Under the pieces are notes generated by a model. The model ran no database searches. It had not been told where the DNA came from and was given only the letters and a program-made list of their open reading frames with translations. A DNA stretch of 64,000 bases from Prolixibacteraceae bacterium. Lineage in GTDB: Bacteria > Bacteroidota > Bacteroidia > Bacteroidales > Prolixibacteraceae. The translations under genes and the position numbers were made by a program. This document shows, piece by piece, positions 18,727-28,942 of the stretch. The DNA is taken from NCBI GenBank assembly GCA_041821245.1, contig JBGUEP010000001.1:78854-142853 (forward strand), read 5' to 3'. Position 1 is the stretch's first letter, and each line of letters begins with the position of its first letter.

Positions 18727-21598
18727 AGCGATTCTACTTCTGTTTGTTGCCTGCCTGATTTCTTTTTCCGCGTTCGCAAAAATACACGTGGCTGGTTATG
18801 TTAAAGATGAATTGACGGGTGAAAAACTGATTGGTGCTTACGTAATTGAAACTGGCACATCCAATGGTACCAGTACCGATAATAACGGTTATTTCAGTTT
18901 GGTCCTGGCCGGAAATGAACTGCGTACATCTTTTATTGGCTATAAAACCAAATACATGCGAGTGGAACAGGACACACTTCTCATCATTAACCTGGAAAGT
19001 GGTCATGAGATTGAAACAATAACTGTTGAAGGGCAACGCTTTCAAAAGTTCAATGTGACGTCTTTAAATGCCAAGGAAATCATTTCGATTCCGGCCATAG
19101 GTGGGAAGCCCGACGTGATTAAAACCTTGCAATTACTTCCCGGTATTCAAACGCAAAGTGAAGGAACCAGTTTAATGAATGTCCGTGGAGGAAATCCTGG
19201 TGAAAATTTGTATTTGATCGACAATGTTCCCCTTATTTATATGAATCATTTGGGTGGTTTTACTTCTGTATTTAACCCCGATATGATCAATAGTATTGAA
19301 GTGTACAAAGGGGGATTCCCGGCAAGATATGGAGGAAAGCTTTCATCTGTGGTCGCCATTTCACAACGTGAAGGGAATAAGGATCGCATAAAAGGTTCCT
19401 TTGGCATTGGTGTTACCGATGTTTCCATAAGTTTGGAAGGCCCCATTAACGATAAAGTTAGTTTTATAGTGAATGGTCGTAAAACTTTAACGGATGGTTT
19501 GTTTCTTATCGCCAGTAATTTGGCCGATCAGGATTTTTTAGTTCGTTATGGATTTCACGATATCAATGCGAAAGTCACTTGGCGTCCCAATGTAAAAAAC
19601 TCAGTATCTTTTAACGTGTATCAGGGCGACGATTATTTGCACTACATGAATAAGTACAAGCTTCATAAAGAAGACGGTCGTAACGAGTTACAAAATATTT
19701 GGGGAAATTGGTTAGCATCAGCCCGCTGGAGCAGTACCCTTTCACCTAAATTGTTCGTGGATAATTCCGTCTCGTTTTGCCGTTATCGTTTAAAAATGAA
19801 CTGGGATTATAAAAACGAAAAAGACTCGGTCGATTTTCATCAGGAAAATATTTCATCGGTTCAGGACGTAAGGCTAAGTTCTGATTGGAAGTATAAAATG
19901 AATAAAGCCTGGTCGTTGAACTTTGGTCTTCAAAGCTCAAGTTTGAGGTACGTACCCAATAAATATTACCGAACATATGCCACTGCAATACAGGATTTTG
20001 AAATAATAAATACCAACGAAACAGCCCTGTATTTGAGCAATATAATCCTTCTATTCAATAAAATTGAGGCGAACATTGGTGGACGTTTTGTGGGATACAT
20101 CAATGCCGATTATTCTGATTTCTCCTTTGAACCTCGTTTTTCACTGAATGCACAAATCACAAAAAATCATGCCATTAACCTGTCGTATCAACGGGTAAAA
20201 CAGTATTCACACCTTATTTTCTCGGCCGCGAATATTCTGAATAACGAAGTCTGGGTGCCTGCAAGTGGCCGATTTAAGCCGTCGCAATCGAATCAATTCA
20301 GTGTAGGAATCAAAGGAAGTTTTAACAAGCAGATGTTTGAGCACGAAATAAGTGTGTATTATAAGGACATGCTCAACCTTTCGACTTACAAAGAAGGATA
20401 TCAGAATTTCCTGGGTGATGGTGGCTGGCGTTCAAAAATTGAAACTGACGGGAAGGGCGTTTCATACGGCGCCGAATTTTTACTGAAAAAGGTGGCAGGG
20501 GATTGGACTGGATTTGCTGCTTATACCTATTCAAAAACAACGCGCCAATTTCCGGGTATTAACCGGGGCATTGAGTTTCTATTCGACTACGATCGGCCGC
20601 ATGCAATTGCAGTTAATATCAATAAAAAACTAAACCACAAATGGGATTTTGGCATGAATTGGGTGTATCAGACCGGCTTGCCTTACACCCCTGTTTTGGG
20701 CCGACAGATGGCTTTGCAGGACAATGGCCTTGGTGAAGCGCTGATCTATGGTGAACGAAATAGTGGAAGAATTAATGATTATCACCGGCTGGATTTAGGA
20801 CTTACCTTACACTCTTATACCAAACGAGGCAGAAGCAGTGAGTGGGTGTTCTCCGTTTACAATGCTTACAACCGTAAAAATGCCTACAACTACCTGTACC
20901 TGTACAGTAAGGATGCTGATCGCGGCTACCGGAAGAGAAGTCCGGAAGAGTCATTAAAGTTGTATCAGCAAAGTATGTTCCCTATTCTACCAACTGTGGC
21001 TTACAAGGTGTATTTCGATAAAGAAATCAATCCACAACAAATGTTTTTCAAGAAGAATGCTAAGACAATTAAAAAAGAAGAAATAGCTAATTATACCCGA
21101 AAAGGTCGTTGGAATTTGAAGGTTGGAAGTACGTTTTCACCAGTTTTGAAAAGTAGCTATGGTCACATGTACAGCCTACAATACGACCCATTCAATAGGC
21201 TGAATGTTTCCTGCGGTATTTCCGAATATTTAGAAACCGGAGTATACTTGGGTCAGGAGAAGTATTTGGCAATGGTCCCGGCAAATGTGGATGGGCAATT
21301 TTTCGGTTCGAAAGAAAAGTCGTTGCATTACGGTGTGCTGTCCAATGTACATCTTGCACCCTTATTGCCGGTGGTGAATCATTTTATGGACATTTATGTA
21401 ACGGGTAGTCTGGGTGTACAGCGTTATAACCCTCCTTACGGCTATCAACCAAATGGAACACAGTTCAGGTATGGTTTAGCTTTGGGTACTTCGGTTTTCA
21501 TTACGAAACACATTGGAGCATTTGCCGAATATGGTATTCGAAAAGCAAGTTGGAGGAATATTGCCGAAGTGAACTATGGTTTAAACATTAGGTTTTAA
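18716..21598 (+). CDS. TonB-dependent receptor with N-terminal carboxypeptidase-regulatory-like domain
   Basis: The ORF track starts at TTG 18707; the in-frame ATG at 18716 gives a signal peptide MLNKAILLLFVACLISFSAFA. CarbopepD_reg (YVKDELTGEKLIGAYVIE...TDNNGYFSL), a plug region, and C-terminal beta-barrel strands ending in an aromatic residue (NYGLNIRF). Confidence 0.8.
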   Translation: MLNKAILLLFVACLISFSAFAKIHVAGYVKDELTGEKLIGAYVIETGTSNGTSTDNNGYFSLVLAGNELRTSFIGYKTKYMRVEQDTLLIINLESGHEIETITVEGQRFQKFNVTSLNAKEIISIPAIGGKPDVIKTLQLLPGIQTQSEGTSLMNVRGGNPGENLYLIDNVPLIYMNHLGGFTSVFNPDMINSIEVYKGGFPARYGGKLSSVVAISQREGNKDRIKGSFGIGVTDVSISLEGPINDKVSFIVNGRKTLTDGLFLIASNLADQDFLVRYGFHDINAKVTWRPNVKNSVSFNVYQGDDYLHYMNKYKLHKEDGRNELQNIWGNWLASARWSSTLSPKLFVDNSVSFCRYRLKMNWDYKNEKDSVDFHQENISSVQDVRLSSDWKYKMNKAWSLNFGLQSSSLRYVPNKYYRTYATAIQDFEIINTNETALYLSNIILLFNKIEANIGGRFVGYINADYSDFSFEPRFSLNAQITKNHAINLSYQRVKQYSHLIFSAANILNNEVWVPASGRFKPSQSNQFSVGIKGSFNKQMFEHEISVYYKDMLNLSTYKEGYQNFLGDGGWRSKIETDGKGVSYGAEFLLKKVAGDWTGFAAYTYSKTTRQFPGINRGIEFLFDYDRPHAIAVNINKKLNHKWDFGMNWVYQTGLPYTPVLGRQMALQDNGLGEALIYGERNSGRINDYHRLDLGLTLHSYTKRGRSSEWVFSVYNAYNRKNAYNYLYLYSKDADRGYRKRSPEESLKLYQQSMFPILPTVAYKVYFDKEINPQQMFFKKNAKTIKKEEIANYTRKGRWNLKVGSTFSPVLKSSYGHMYSLQYDPFNRLNVSCGISEYLETGVYLGQEKYLAMVPANVDGQFFGSKEKSLHYGVLSNVHLAPLLPVVNHFMDIYVTGSLGVQRYNPPYGYQPNGTQFRYGLALGTSVFITKHIGAFAEYGIRKASWRNIAEVNYGLNIRF

Positions 21599-21654
21599 TG
21601 GTGCGACCATCCATTATTTATAATAAACCACAATGGTGATGCAAAAATAGATTT

Positions 21655-22491
21655 TTATTTTATTGGAATAACCATTGAAATTCCAGCGCCTTTCGGAACA
21701 AAAGTTGGATAGAATTTTATCGATTTCTTTTCCCATTGTTTGCACAATAAAATTCCGGTAGCAGTTCCTACTGCAGCTCCCATAAAAACATCGCTGGCCC
21801 AGTGGCGATTGTCGTATATTCGCTGCATACCGCAAAGTGTGGCCAAACTATAGGATAAAATGGGTACCCAGGTGGTTTCCTTGTATCGATAGGCAAAAAC
21901 GGAAGCCACAGAAAAAGCGGTTGAGGTGTGGCCCGAAAAGAAGGAATTACCATGGAAAAATGGGCCGGTCCATTCATCCGGATGAGTAGTGCCCTCATCG
22001 TTGGGGCGATTACGTCCGGCAGTACTTTTTACAACTTGTGCAAGCATCCCTGTAAGCAAGTAACTTTCAGCAGCAATTAAGGAGGTTTCGACGGAATAAT
22101 TGTCCTTGTATACTATTCCTTTCAAAAGCAGAGCACCAGCGATTATTGCAGGGTAGGTATGTCCGAAAGGTTCCACATTTTTGAAAAAAACATCTTTTCC
22201 CGGACTATGTTGGGTATTGGCAAAGTTATAAACGGCCTGGTCACCAAAGAGGATGAGTGCGCCTGTGGCAGCACCAACTCCGCCTGCTATGGCCCAATCC
22301 TTTTTGTCCCATTTTATAGGGGAAATTACCAGTTCTTTTGTATCGTTGAGGCCATGTTGGAACACTTTTAGTAGCAGCAAAGAATCTCTTTCCTGTGCTT
22401 TTATGCTGTTGACAATGAAAAGAAGTGCAAGCAGAAAAAAAACTGACTGCTTCCATTTATCTATTTTCCATTTTTTAATTGTCATTCTCAT
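21655..22491 (-). CDS. PAP2-family phosphatase (phosphatidic acid phosphatase type 2 / haloperoxidase fold)
   Basis: PAP2 motifs KSTAGRNRP, SFFSGHTS and YDNRHWASDV (KxxxxxxRP / SGH / SRxxxxxHxxxD). Confidence 0.75.
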   Translation of the reverse strand: MRMTIKKWKIDKWKQSVFFLLALLFIVNSIKAQERDSLLLLKVFQHGLNDTKELVISPIKWDKKDWAIAGGVGAATGALILFGDQAVYNFANTQHSPGKDVFFKNVEPFGHTYPAIIAGALLLKGIVYKDNYSVETSLIAAESYLLTGMLAQVVKSTAGRNRPNDEGTTHPDEWTGPFFHGNSFFSGHTSTAFSVASVFAYRYKETTWVPILSYSLATLCGMQRIYDNRHWASDVFMGAAVGTATGILLCKQWEKKSIKFYPTFVPKGAGISMVIPIK

Positions 22492-23264
22492 TTATCAAAT
22501 CTTTTTGCTTCTTCCCAAATCACATTCATGTCGTCAAGGCTCATGTCGTGCAACGATTGTCCTTTCATCATGGTGTTTTCCTCCAGATAGTTAAACCGTT
22601 TTATAAATTTCAGATTGGTGCGTTCCAGTGCGGCTTCCGGGTCAACGTTATAGAGTCGTGCAGCGTTCACCATTGAAAAGAAAAGGTCGCCAAACTCTTT
22701 TTCCATATCAATTTGATTACCGGCTTTCATTTCGGTTTCCAATTCGGCCAATTCTTCTTTTACTTTGTCCCAAACCTGTTCTTTTTTTTCCCAGTCGAAA
22801 CCTACACCGCGCACTTTATCCTGAATTCGATGGGCTTTCACTATTGAAGGAAGCGATTGAGGAACACCTTCCAGCACACGTTTGTTTCGTCCTTTTTCTT
22901 TCAATTTTAAAGCTTCCCAATTTTCGAGAACATTGTTGGAATCGGTAACGGTGGCATCACCAAAAACATGGGGATGGCGGAAAATTAATTTTTCGCACAA
23001 TGAATCAATGACTTCGGCCATGCCGAATGCTTGTTTTTCTTCGGCAATTTTAGCGTAAAAGACAATGTGGAGCAGGAGATCTCCCAATTCTTTTTTTATT
23101 TCAGGGAGATCGTTGTTCAGAATGGCTTCTCCCAATTCGTAAGTTTCTTCAATGGTTAAATGGCGTAGACTTTCGAGTGTTTGTTCTCTGTCCCAGGGAC
23201 ATTTTACCCTAAGTTCGTCCATAATGTTGAGCAGGCGCTCGAACTGTTCCAGTTTTTTTTGCAT
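22488..23264 (-). CDS. mazG: Nucleoside triphosphate pyrophosphohydrolase MazG
   Basis: LRVKCPWDREQTLESLRHLTIEETYELGEAI plus a second EE-x-x-E repeat (KEELAELETEM) indicate a tandem MazG-domain architecture. Overlaps the PAP2 gene by 4 bp. Confidence 0.85.
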   Translation of the reverse strand: MQKKLEQFERLLNIMDELRVKCPWDREQTLESLRHLTIEETYELGEAILNNDLPEIKKELGDLLLHIVFYAKIAEEKQAFGMAEVIDSLCEKLIFRHPHVFGDATVTDSNNVLENWEALKLKEKGRNKRVLEGVPQSLPSIVKAHRIQDKVRGVGFDWEKKEQVWDKVKEELAELETEMKAGNQIDMEKEFGDLFFSMVNAARLYNVDPEAALERTNLKFIKRFNYLEENTMMKGQSLHDMSLDDMNVIWEEAKRFDK

Positions 23265-23334
23265 GATATCAGCTTATAACAAAAAAATCCTGTCAAAGTT
23301 GGACAGGACAGCTTTGTTGATGGTAGTATATAGT

Positions 23335-23949
23335 TTAAAACAGGCCATGTAATTCGGCATCGATGCGATCGATAATTTTGCTCAAATCTTCCATGTTGGT
23401 ATGAAAGCTTAAATCATCGACGTTCACGATTAAAAGTTTACTGTCCTTGTATCGACTCACCCACAATTCGTAGCGTTCGTTCAGCATTTTAAGGTAATCG
23501 AGACGAATTGATTCTTCATATTCCCGTCCACGAGCTTGTATTTGACTGACCAGTGTAGGGACCGATGCTCTCAAGTAAATCATTAAATCGGGTGGCTCAA
23601 TTAAATCGACCATTAAATTAAAAAGCGAACGGTAGTTTTCGAAATCACGGGTTGACATGAGTCTCATGTCGTGTAAATTGGGGGCAAATATTTCGGCATC
23701 TTCGTAAATGGTGCGATCCTGAATAACAGTTTGTCCTGATTTTCGAATGTCGACTACTTGTTTAAACCGACTGTTTAAAAAGAAGATCTGAAGATTAAAC
23801 GACCAGCGTTGCATGTCGTTGTAAAAATCATTCAGATATGGATTATCATCGACGATTTCATAATTGGGTATCCATCCATAGTGTTTTGAAAGCAAGGTGG
23901 TTAACGTGGTTTTACCAGCCCCAATATTTCCGGCTATAGCAATGTGCAT
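23335..23949 (-). CDS. Deoxynucleoside kinase (dCK/dGK family)
   Basis: P-loop IAIAGNIGAGKTT, followed by ERS-like and arginine-rich lid regions typical of deoxynucleoside kinases. Confidence 0.8.
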   Translation of the reverse strand: MHIAIAGNIGAGKTTLTTLLSKHYGWIPNYEIVDDNPYLNDFYNDMQRWSFNLQIFFLNSRFKQVVDIRKSGQTVIQDRTIYEDAEIFAPNLHDMRLMSTRDFENYRSLFNLMVDLIEPPDLMIYLRASVPTLVSQIQARGREYEESIRLDYLKMLNERYELWVSRYKDSKLLIVNVDDLSFHTNMEDLSKIIDRIDAELHGLF

Positions 23950-24074
23950 TTCAACTAAGTTTTTATAAAATTGGAGGTACTAAGGTAATAAATCAATGCT
24001 TTTTTGATTGCTTTTGTTTGTACTAAATTGAAATGAATGCAATTTAGTTCTGAAACACTTGCTGTACCAGCATT

Positions 24075-25595
24075 TTAGTCTGCTTCAATAATTTCAAGTA
24101 GTGAATCGAGGTATTCCCGGTCGTTGGCCAAACGAGGTATTTTATTTTGGCCTCCCACTTTCCCGCGTTTTTTCATCCATTTGTAAAAGGTGTCTTTTGG
24201 TGCATTCACCACTTCAAGATGTGTTAAAGCCATGTTTTTATATCGTTTGGCTTCATAATCAGAATTGAGCGACTGTAATTCTTTATCCAAAATTTGAGTG
24301 AAATTTTCCAGATTATCAGGTTCCTTTTCAAATTCAATAATCCACTGATGGCAACCCTTACTTTCGGCATTCATAAATACTGGTCCGGCCGAATATTCAC
24401 TGATAATTGCATTGGTTGCTTTGCACGCTACCTGTAATCCTTTATTGGCATTATCAATGATGAGTTCTTCACCAAAAGCATTAATGAAATGTTTGGTTCG
24501 GCCGGTAATTTTGAATTTGAACGGGTACTTTTTGGTGAACTTTACGGTATCACCAATCACATAGCGCCATAAACCACCATTGGTACTAATCACCATGGCG
24601 TAGTTAATGCCGGTTTCCACCTCGCTAAGCGGAATGGCTTTTTTGTCATCCTTCAAAAACTCATCCATGGCAATAAATTCGTAATAAATACCATTATCGA
24701 GCATAAGGAGCAGGTCGTCCTGATTCAAATCATTTTGAAGGCCAAAAAATCCTTCGGATGCATTGTAGGTATTCATGTAATGCATGTTTGGCGAAGGAAT
24801 CAGTTTTTCGTATTGTTCGCGATAGGGTTCGAAATTGATTCCACCATGCGCAAATACTTCGAGATTTGGCCATACTTCCAGCAAGTTTTCCTTACCAGTT
24901 ACCTCTAGTACTTTTTTAATCATTACTAAAAACCACGAAGGCACTCCTGAAAAGCTGGTAATATTTTCGTTAATGGTAGTTTGTATGATTTTATCAATCT
25001 TTTCCTCGAAGTCGGGAAGTAAGGCAATTTCTGAAGATGGGGCATTTAAGAACTTCGATAAATAGGGCAAGTTCTGCAACATAACGGCTGAAAGGTCACC
25101 CGTGCGCGTAGAAGTGCTTAAAGTGCTAACCTTATGACTTCCGCCAATGGTCAGGTTTTTACCTTTCAATATTTTGGTGTCAGGATTACTCTTAATGTAA
25201 TGGGCAAAAACATCAATCGAGGCTTTGTAGTGGCACTTGTGTAAAGATTCATCACTAACCGGGATGTATTTGCTTTTATCGTTGGTGGTCCCTGATGATT
25301 TGGCGAACCATTTTACTTTACCCGGCCAGAGTATATTTTTTTCACCGGCAATCATTCTTTCAATCCATGATTTTAAGACCTCGTAATCGGTTAGAGGAAC
25401 TTTACGCGCGAATTCAGCAGACGAATGTATATGCGAAAAATCATACTGAATTCCCCATTCGGTTTTCCTTGCTGCACGAATTAAATCTTTCAAGACCTGT
25501 TCTTGTTGTTCCACAGGATATTTACTGAAATATTCAAACTTCTTGTAGCGAAGGGTAAAAATTTTTTGAATGCTCTGATTAAACAATCGGATCAT
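24075..25595 (-). CDS. GH3-family (auxin-responsive-promoter family) adenylate-forming enzyme homologue
   Basis: 506 aa. N-terminal FTLRYKKFEYF...VLKDLIRAARKTEWG and the overall length match bacterial GH3 (acyl-acid amido synthetase-like) proteins common in Bacteroidota. Confidence 0.7.
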   Translation of the reverse strand: MIRLFNQSIQKIFTLRYKKFEYFSKYPVEQQEQVLKDLIRAARKTEWGIQYDFSHIHSSAEFARKVPLTDYEVLKSWIERMIAGEKNILWPGKVKWFAKSSGTTNDKSKYIPVSDESLHKCHYKASIDVFAHYIKSNPDTKILKGKNLTIGGSHKVSTLSTSTRTGDLSAVMLQNLPYLSKFLNAPSSEIALLPDFEEKIDKIIQTTINENITSFSGVPSWFLVMIKKVLEVTGKENLLEVWPNLEVFAHGGINFEPYREQYEKLIPSPNMHYMNTYNASEGFFGLQNDLNQDDLLLMLDNGIYYEFIAMDEFLKDDKKAIPLSEVETGINYAMVISTNGGLWRYVIGDTVKFTKKYPFKFKITGRTKHFINAFGEELIIDNANKGLQVACKATNAIISEYSAGPVFMNAESKGCHQWIIEFEKEPDNLENFTQILDKELQSLNSDYEAKRYKNMALTHLEVVNAPKDTFYKWMKKRGKVGGQNKIPRLANDREYLDSLLEIIEAD

Positions 25596-25811
25596 GCTCG
25601 GTTCTGGTTTTCAAAAGTGGTTTTCTAATCCTGAATATAACGTTTCGCTTTTATGGCCATCAACGTTCAACGCAAATCTAGCTATTTTTTCCTTCAGAAA
25701 ATTACTTTTAAGGATTATCAAAGTCAACGCAAAATAATAAAAAAAAACACTCAAAAGGTGTTCGTTCTAAGTTTAGCTTATATTTTTGTATTGAACTCAA
25801 CATCACTTGCT

Positions 25812-26327
25812 ATGAATTACATTGATTACATTATTGTTATACTTGTTGTTATCTCGGCCATTAAAGGGGCAACCAAGGGTTTAATCTATGAATTGGCTTC
25901 ATTACTGGCCTTAATTGGTGGGTTATGGGGAGCCATTAAATTTTCACATGCGACAAAAACATTTCTGATTGAACGATTGGATTTTAACAACAATTACATT
26001 CATATTATTGCTTTTGTGATCACTTTTGTGATCATTATTGTTTTGGTCCATTTAATCGCAAAAGCCATTGAAAAAGCTTTGGAATCGGTTTCACTTGGTG
26101 TGGCGAATCGTATTTTGGGTTTTGTATTCGCCGGATTTAAAACTTTATTTATACTTGGCATTCTGATGATTTTGGTTGAAAAAATTGATGAATCACTTCC
26201 TTTTATTCCTGAAAATGACGTTCAGGAGTCTAAATTTTATCAACCCATTAGAGCCATTACTGTAAGTACTTTCCCTTTGGTTCAGGGCCTTTTTGAAAGT
26301 GAAAAGAGAAAAAGAGAGAACAAATAG
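25812..26327 (+). CDS. cvpA: CvpA-family membrane protein (colicin V production protein homologue)
   Basis: ORF 25653..26327. The likely start at ATG 25812 (MNYIDYIIVILVVISAIKG...) gives the four-TM CvpA layout. Confidence 0.6.
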   Translation: MNYIDYIIVILVVISAIKGATKGLIYELASLLALIGGLWGAIKFSHATKTFLIERLDFNNNYIHIIAFVITFVIIIVLVHLIAKAIEKALESVSLGVANRILGFVFAGFKTLFILGILMILVEKIDESLPFIPENDVQESKFYQPIRAITVSTFPLVQGLFESEKRKRENK

Positions 26328-26648
26328 GATGATAAAATTTCTGAAGAATCGTAAAGCAGCAATGCTGTTCAGCCTTCAAAATAGTCGTATTTTTCAGGGA
26401 GATATTCTGCAAACAATCATGGCTGTTAACAATTGGCAAATTTTTCATTTTAACAACGTTATATAATTTTGTACTTTTGGCCGCTCTTGTAATTGTTTTC
26501 ATGTTTACTTTAGGTGCTTTTTTAGTTTGTCTAAAATGGCATAGGTAGGACGAAACAAACCAATTGATCGATATTTTGGAACAATTTTGTTCGCGGTTTT
26601 TTGGAAAGGAGCAGTTAAATAGTCAATGTTACATAGTAATATAGAAGA

Positions 26649-27941
26649 ATGAATTTTATTGAAGAATTGAAATGGAGGGGCATGATCCACGATGTGATGC
26701 CAGGTACCGAAGAGCAATTGGCCAAAGAAGTTACTACAGCTTATATAGGTTTTGACCCCACTGCAGATTCACTTCATGTGGGAAGTTTTGCCCAAATCAT
26801 GTTGTTAAAACGGTTTCAACTCGCTGGTCATAAGCCTTTGGCTTTAATTGGTGGAGCTACCGGAATGATTGGCGACCCATCGGGAAAATCACAGGAACGT
26901 AACTTGCTCACCGAGGATGGCTTAAATAAAAACCTGGAAGGCATTAAAAATCAATTGTCGAAATTCCTCGATTTTGATGCTAGTCAAGAAAACGGCGCCG
27001 AATTGGTGAACAATTACGATTGGATGAAAAATTATTCCTTTTTGGAATTCATTCGCGATATTGGGAAACATCTTACGGTGAATTACATGATGTCCAAGGA
27101 TTCGGTAAAAAAACGTTTGGGCAGTGAATCAAAAGCGGGTATGTCCTTCACTGAATTCTCCTACCAATTGGTGCAGGGATTCGACTTCTATTGGTTAAAT
27201 GTGAACAAAAACTGCAAATTGCAGATGGGTGGTTCCGACCAGTGGGGCAACATTACCACCGGTACTGAATTGATACGACGTAAAAATGGAGGCGATGCAT
27301 TTGCCTTAACCATTCCATTGATCACAAAAGCCGATGGCGGTAAATTCGGAAAAACCGAACAGGGAAATGTTTGGCTCGATCCGGAGCGTACTTCACCATA
27401 TGCCTTTTACCAGTTCTGGTTAAATACATCCGATGGCGATGCCGAACGTTACATTAAAGTATTCACTCTTTTAGGAAAGGAAGAAATTGAAACTTTAATT
27501 TCGAAACATCTGGAGGCGCCTCATCTTCGTTTACTTCAAAAATGTTTAGCTGAGGAGGTCACCGCTATGGTTCATTCAAAGGACGAGTTGGATGCTGCAA
27601 TTGAGGCTTCTCAAATTTTATTTGGAAACGGAACAGCCGATCAATTAAAAAAGCTCAACGAAAGAACATTCCTGGCAGTTTTTGAAGGCGTTCCTCAGTT
27701 TAAAATAGCAAAAGAAGAGCTGGAGGCAGGCATAAACATTATGGATTTGTTGGCCGAAAAAACGGCTGTTTTTCCTTCAAAAGGTGAATTGCGAAGAACC
27801 ATACAGGGTAATGGCTTGAGTTTAAATAAAGAAAAAGTGGGCGACATGAATTTAAGTGTAGATCAAAGCTTTTTAATTGGACAAAAGTACCTTTTGGTGC
27901 AAAAAGGAAAGAAGAACTATTTTTTAATTGTTGCTGAATAA
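26649..27941 (+). CDS. tyrS: Tyrosine--tRNA ligase
   Basis: Class I HIGH-type region ([15 protein letters not shown]), KMSKS-type KFGKTE, and a C-terminal S4-like domain ([17 protein letters not shown]). Confidence 0.95.
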   Translation: MNFIEELKWRGMIHDVMPGTEEQLAKEVTTAYIGFDPTADSLHVGSFAQIMLLKRFQLAGHKPLALIGGATGMIGDPSGKSQERNLLTEDGLNKNLEGIKNQLSKFLDFDASQENGAELVNNYDWMKNYSFLEFIRDIGKHLTVNYMMSKDSVKKRLGSESKAGMSFTEFSYQLVQGFDFYWLNVNKNCKLQMGGSDQWGNITTGTELIRRKNGGDAFALTIPLITKADGGKFGKTEQGNVWLDPERTSPYAFYQFWLNTSDGDAERYIKVFTLLGKEEIETLISKHLEAPHLRLLQKCLAEEVTAMVHSKDELDAAIEASQILFGNGTADQLKKLNERTFLAVFEGVPQFKIAKEELEAGINIMDLLAEKTAVFPSKGELRRTIQGNGLSLNKEKVGDMNLSVDQSFLIGQKYLLVQKGKKNYFLIVAE

Positions 27942-27991
27942 TAATTTCATGTTTTAAACGTTGAACAGCTTAGACTAACGAAACGAAACTT

Positions 27992-28942
27992 ATGGATAAT
28001 TTTTTTGATAATAAGCGAATTCTAAATTCAATTTGGAAATGGAAGTTGCACATTGTAATTGTGATTTTCATCTCTATTGTGCTTTCTGCAATTATTTCGG
28101 GTCCCTATTTTATTGAACCTAAATATAAGTCGGTTACACGCATTTATCCGGTGAATATTTCCGAAGCCAGTAAGGAATCGGAAAGCGAACATTTACTGGA
28201 AAACCTTCAATCAACCGACATCAAATTCAGAGTGATTGATGCGTTTCATTTAGATGAAGTTTATAAAATAAGTAAGGACGAAAAGTTGTATCAAACGTAC
28301 ATGCTCGCCGAATATGATCTCAACATTAGCTATAAAAAGACAGAATTCGAAACGGTCGAAATTAAAGTACTCGATCCGGATCCCAAAAGGGCTTGTGTGA
28401 TTTGTGATTCGATTGTAGTTTATCTCAATCAATCCATTCAGGAGCAACGTGCTGTTAAGTATCGTGAATTTGCCGAAGTAAATAAAAAACGTTTAGATCA
28501 AAAAAGTAACGAAATTGATTCTCTATTTGAAAAAATTGAAGCCTTAAGAAAAGAAACCGGATTGATCGATTATTTTACTCAGGCCGAAACAGCTACAAGA
28601 GGTTTGATGGATGCTGCAGCCTATAAGGGGGACAAGAATCCTTCGAACGAAATGATTGGCAAACTGGTAAACAATGGTGGTATGTTACGAAAATATCAGG
28701 AGTTGTTGGAAAACTACGAAGTGGCTGCTGATACACTCAAATTACGTTACGATTACAACATGGCCATGGCTGATCAAAAACTATCATATTCAAAAGTGGT
28801 TGAACATCCCTTTGTTGCGGATAAAAAGTCATATCCAATCAGGTGGTTAATTGTATTTTTGGCGGCTGTTGCTGCAACCATTGTTTCATTCATAACCGTA
28901 TCGTTGATCGATTATATTCGTGAGGCTAAATCAACTTTATAA
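27992..28942 (+). CDS. Wzz-like polysaccharide chain-length determinant (PCP) candidate
   Basis: One N-terminal TM (HIVIVIFISIVLSAIISGPYF), a long coiled-coil-like periplasmic region, one C-terminal TM (WLIVFLAAVAATIVSFITV). Directly upstream of, and overlapping, an O-antigen ligase-family gene. Confidence 0.45.
   Translation: MDNFFDNKRILNSIWKWKLHIVIVIFISIVLSAIISGPYFIEPKYKSVTRIYPVNISEASKESESEHLLENLQSTDIKFRVIDAFHLDEVYKISKDEKLYQTYMLAEYDLNISYKKTEFETVEIKVLDPDPKRACVICDSIVVYLNQSIQEQRAVKYREFAEVNKKRLDQKSNEIDSLFEKIEALRKETGLIDYFTQAETATRGLMDAAAYKGDKNPSNEMIGKLVNNGGMLRKYQELLENYEVAADTLKLRYDYNMAMADQKLSYSKVVEHPFVADKKSYPIRWLIVFLAAVAATIVSFITVSLIDYIREAKSTL

Noticed and set aside
26505-26717. 70-aa minus-strand ORF overlapping the tyrS start
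   Set aside because: Overlaps the start of tyrS and its promoter region. No motif support.
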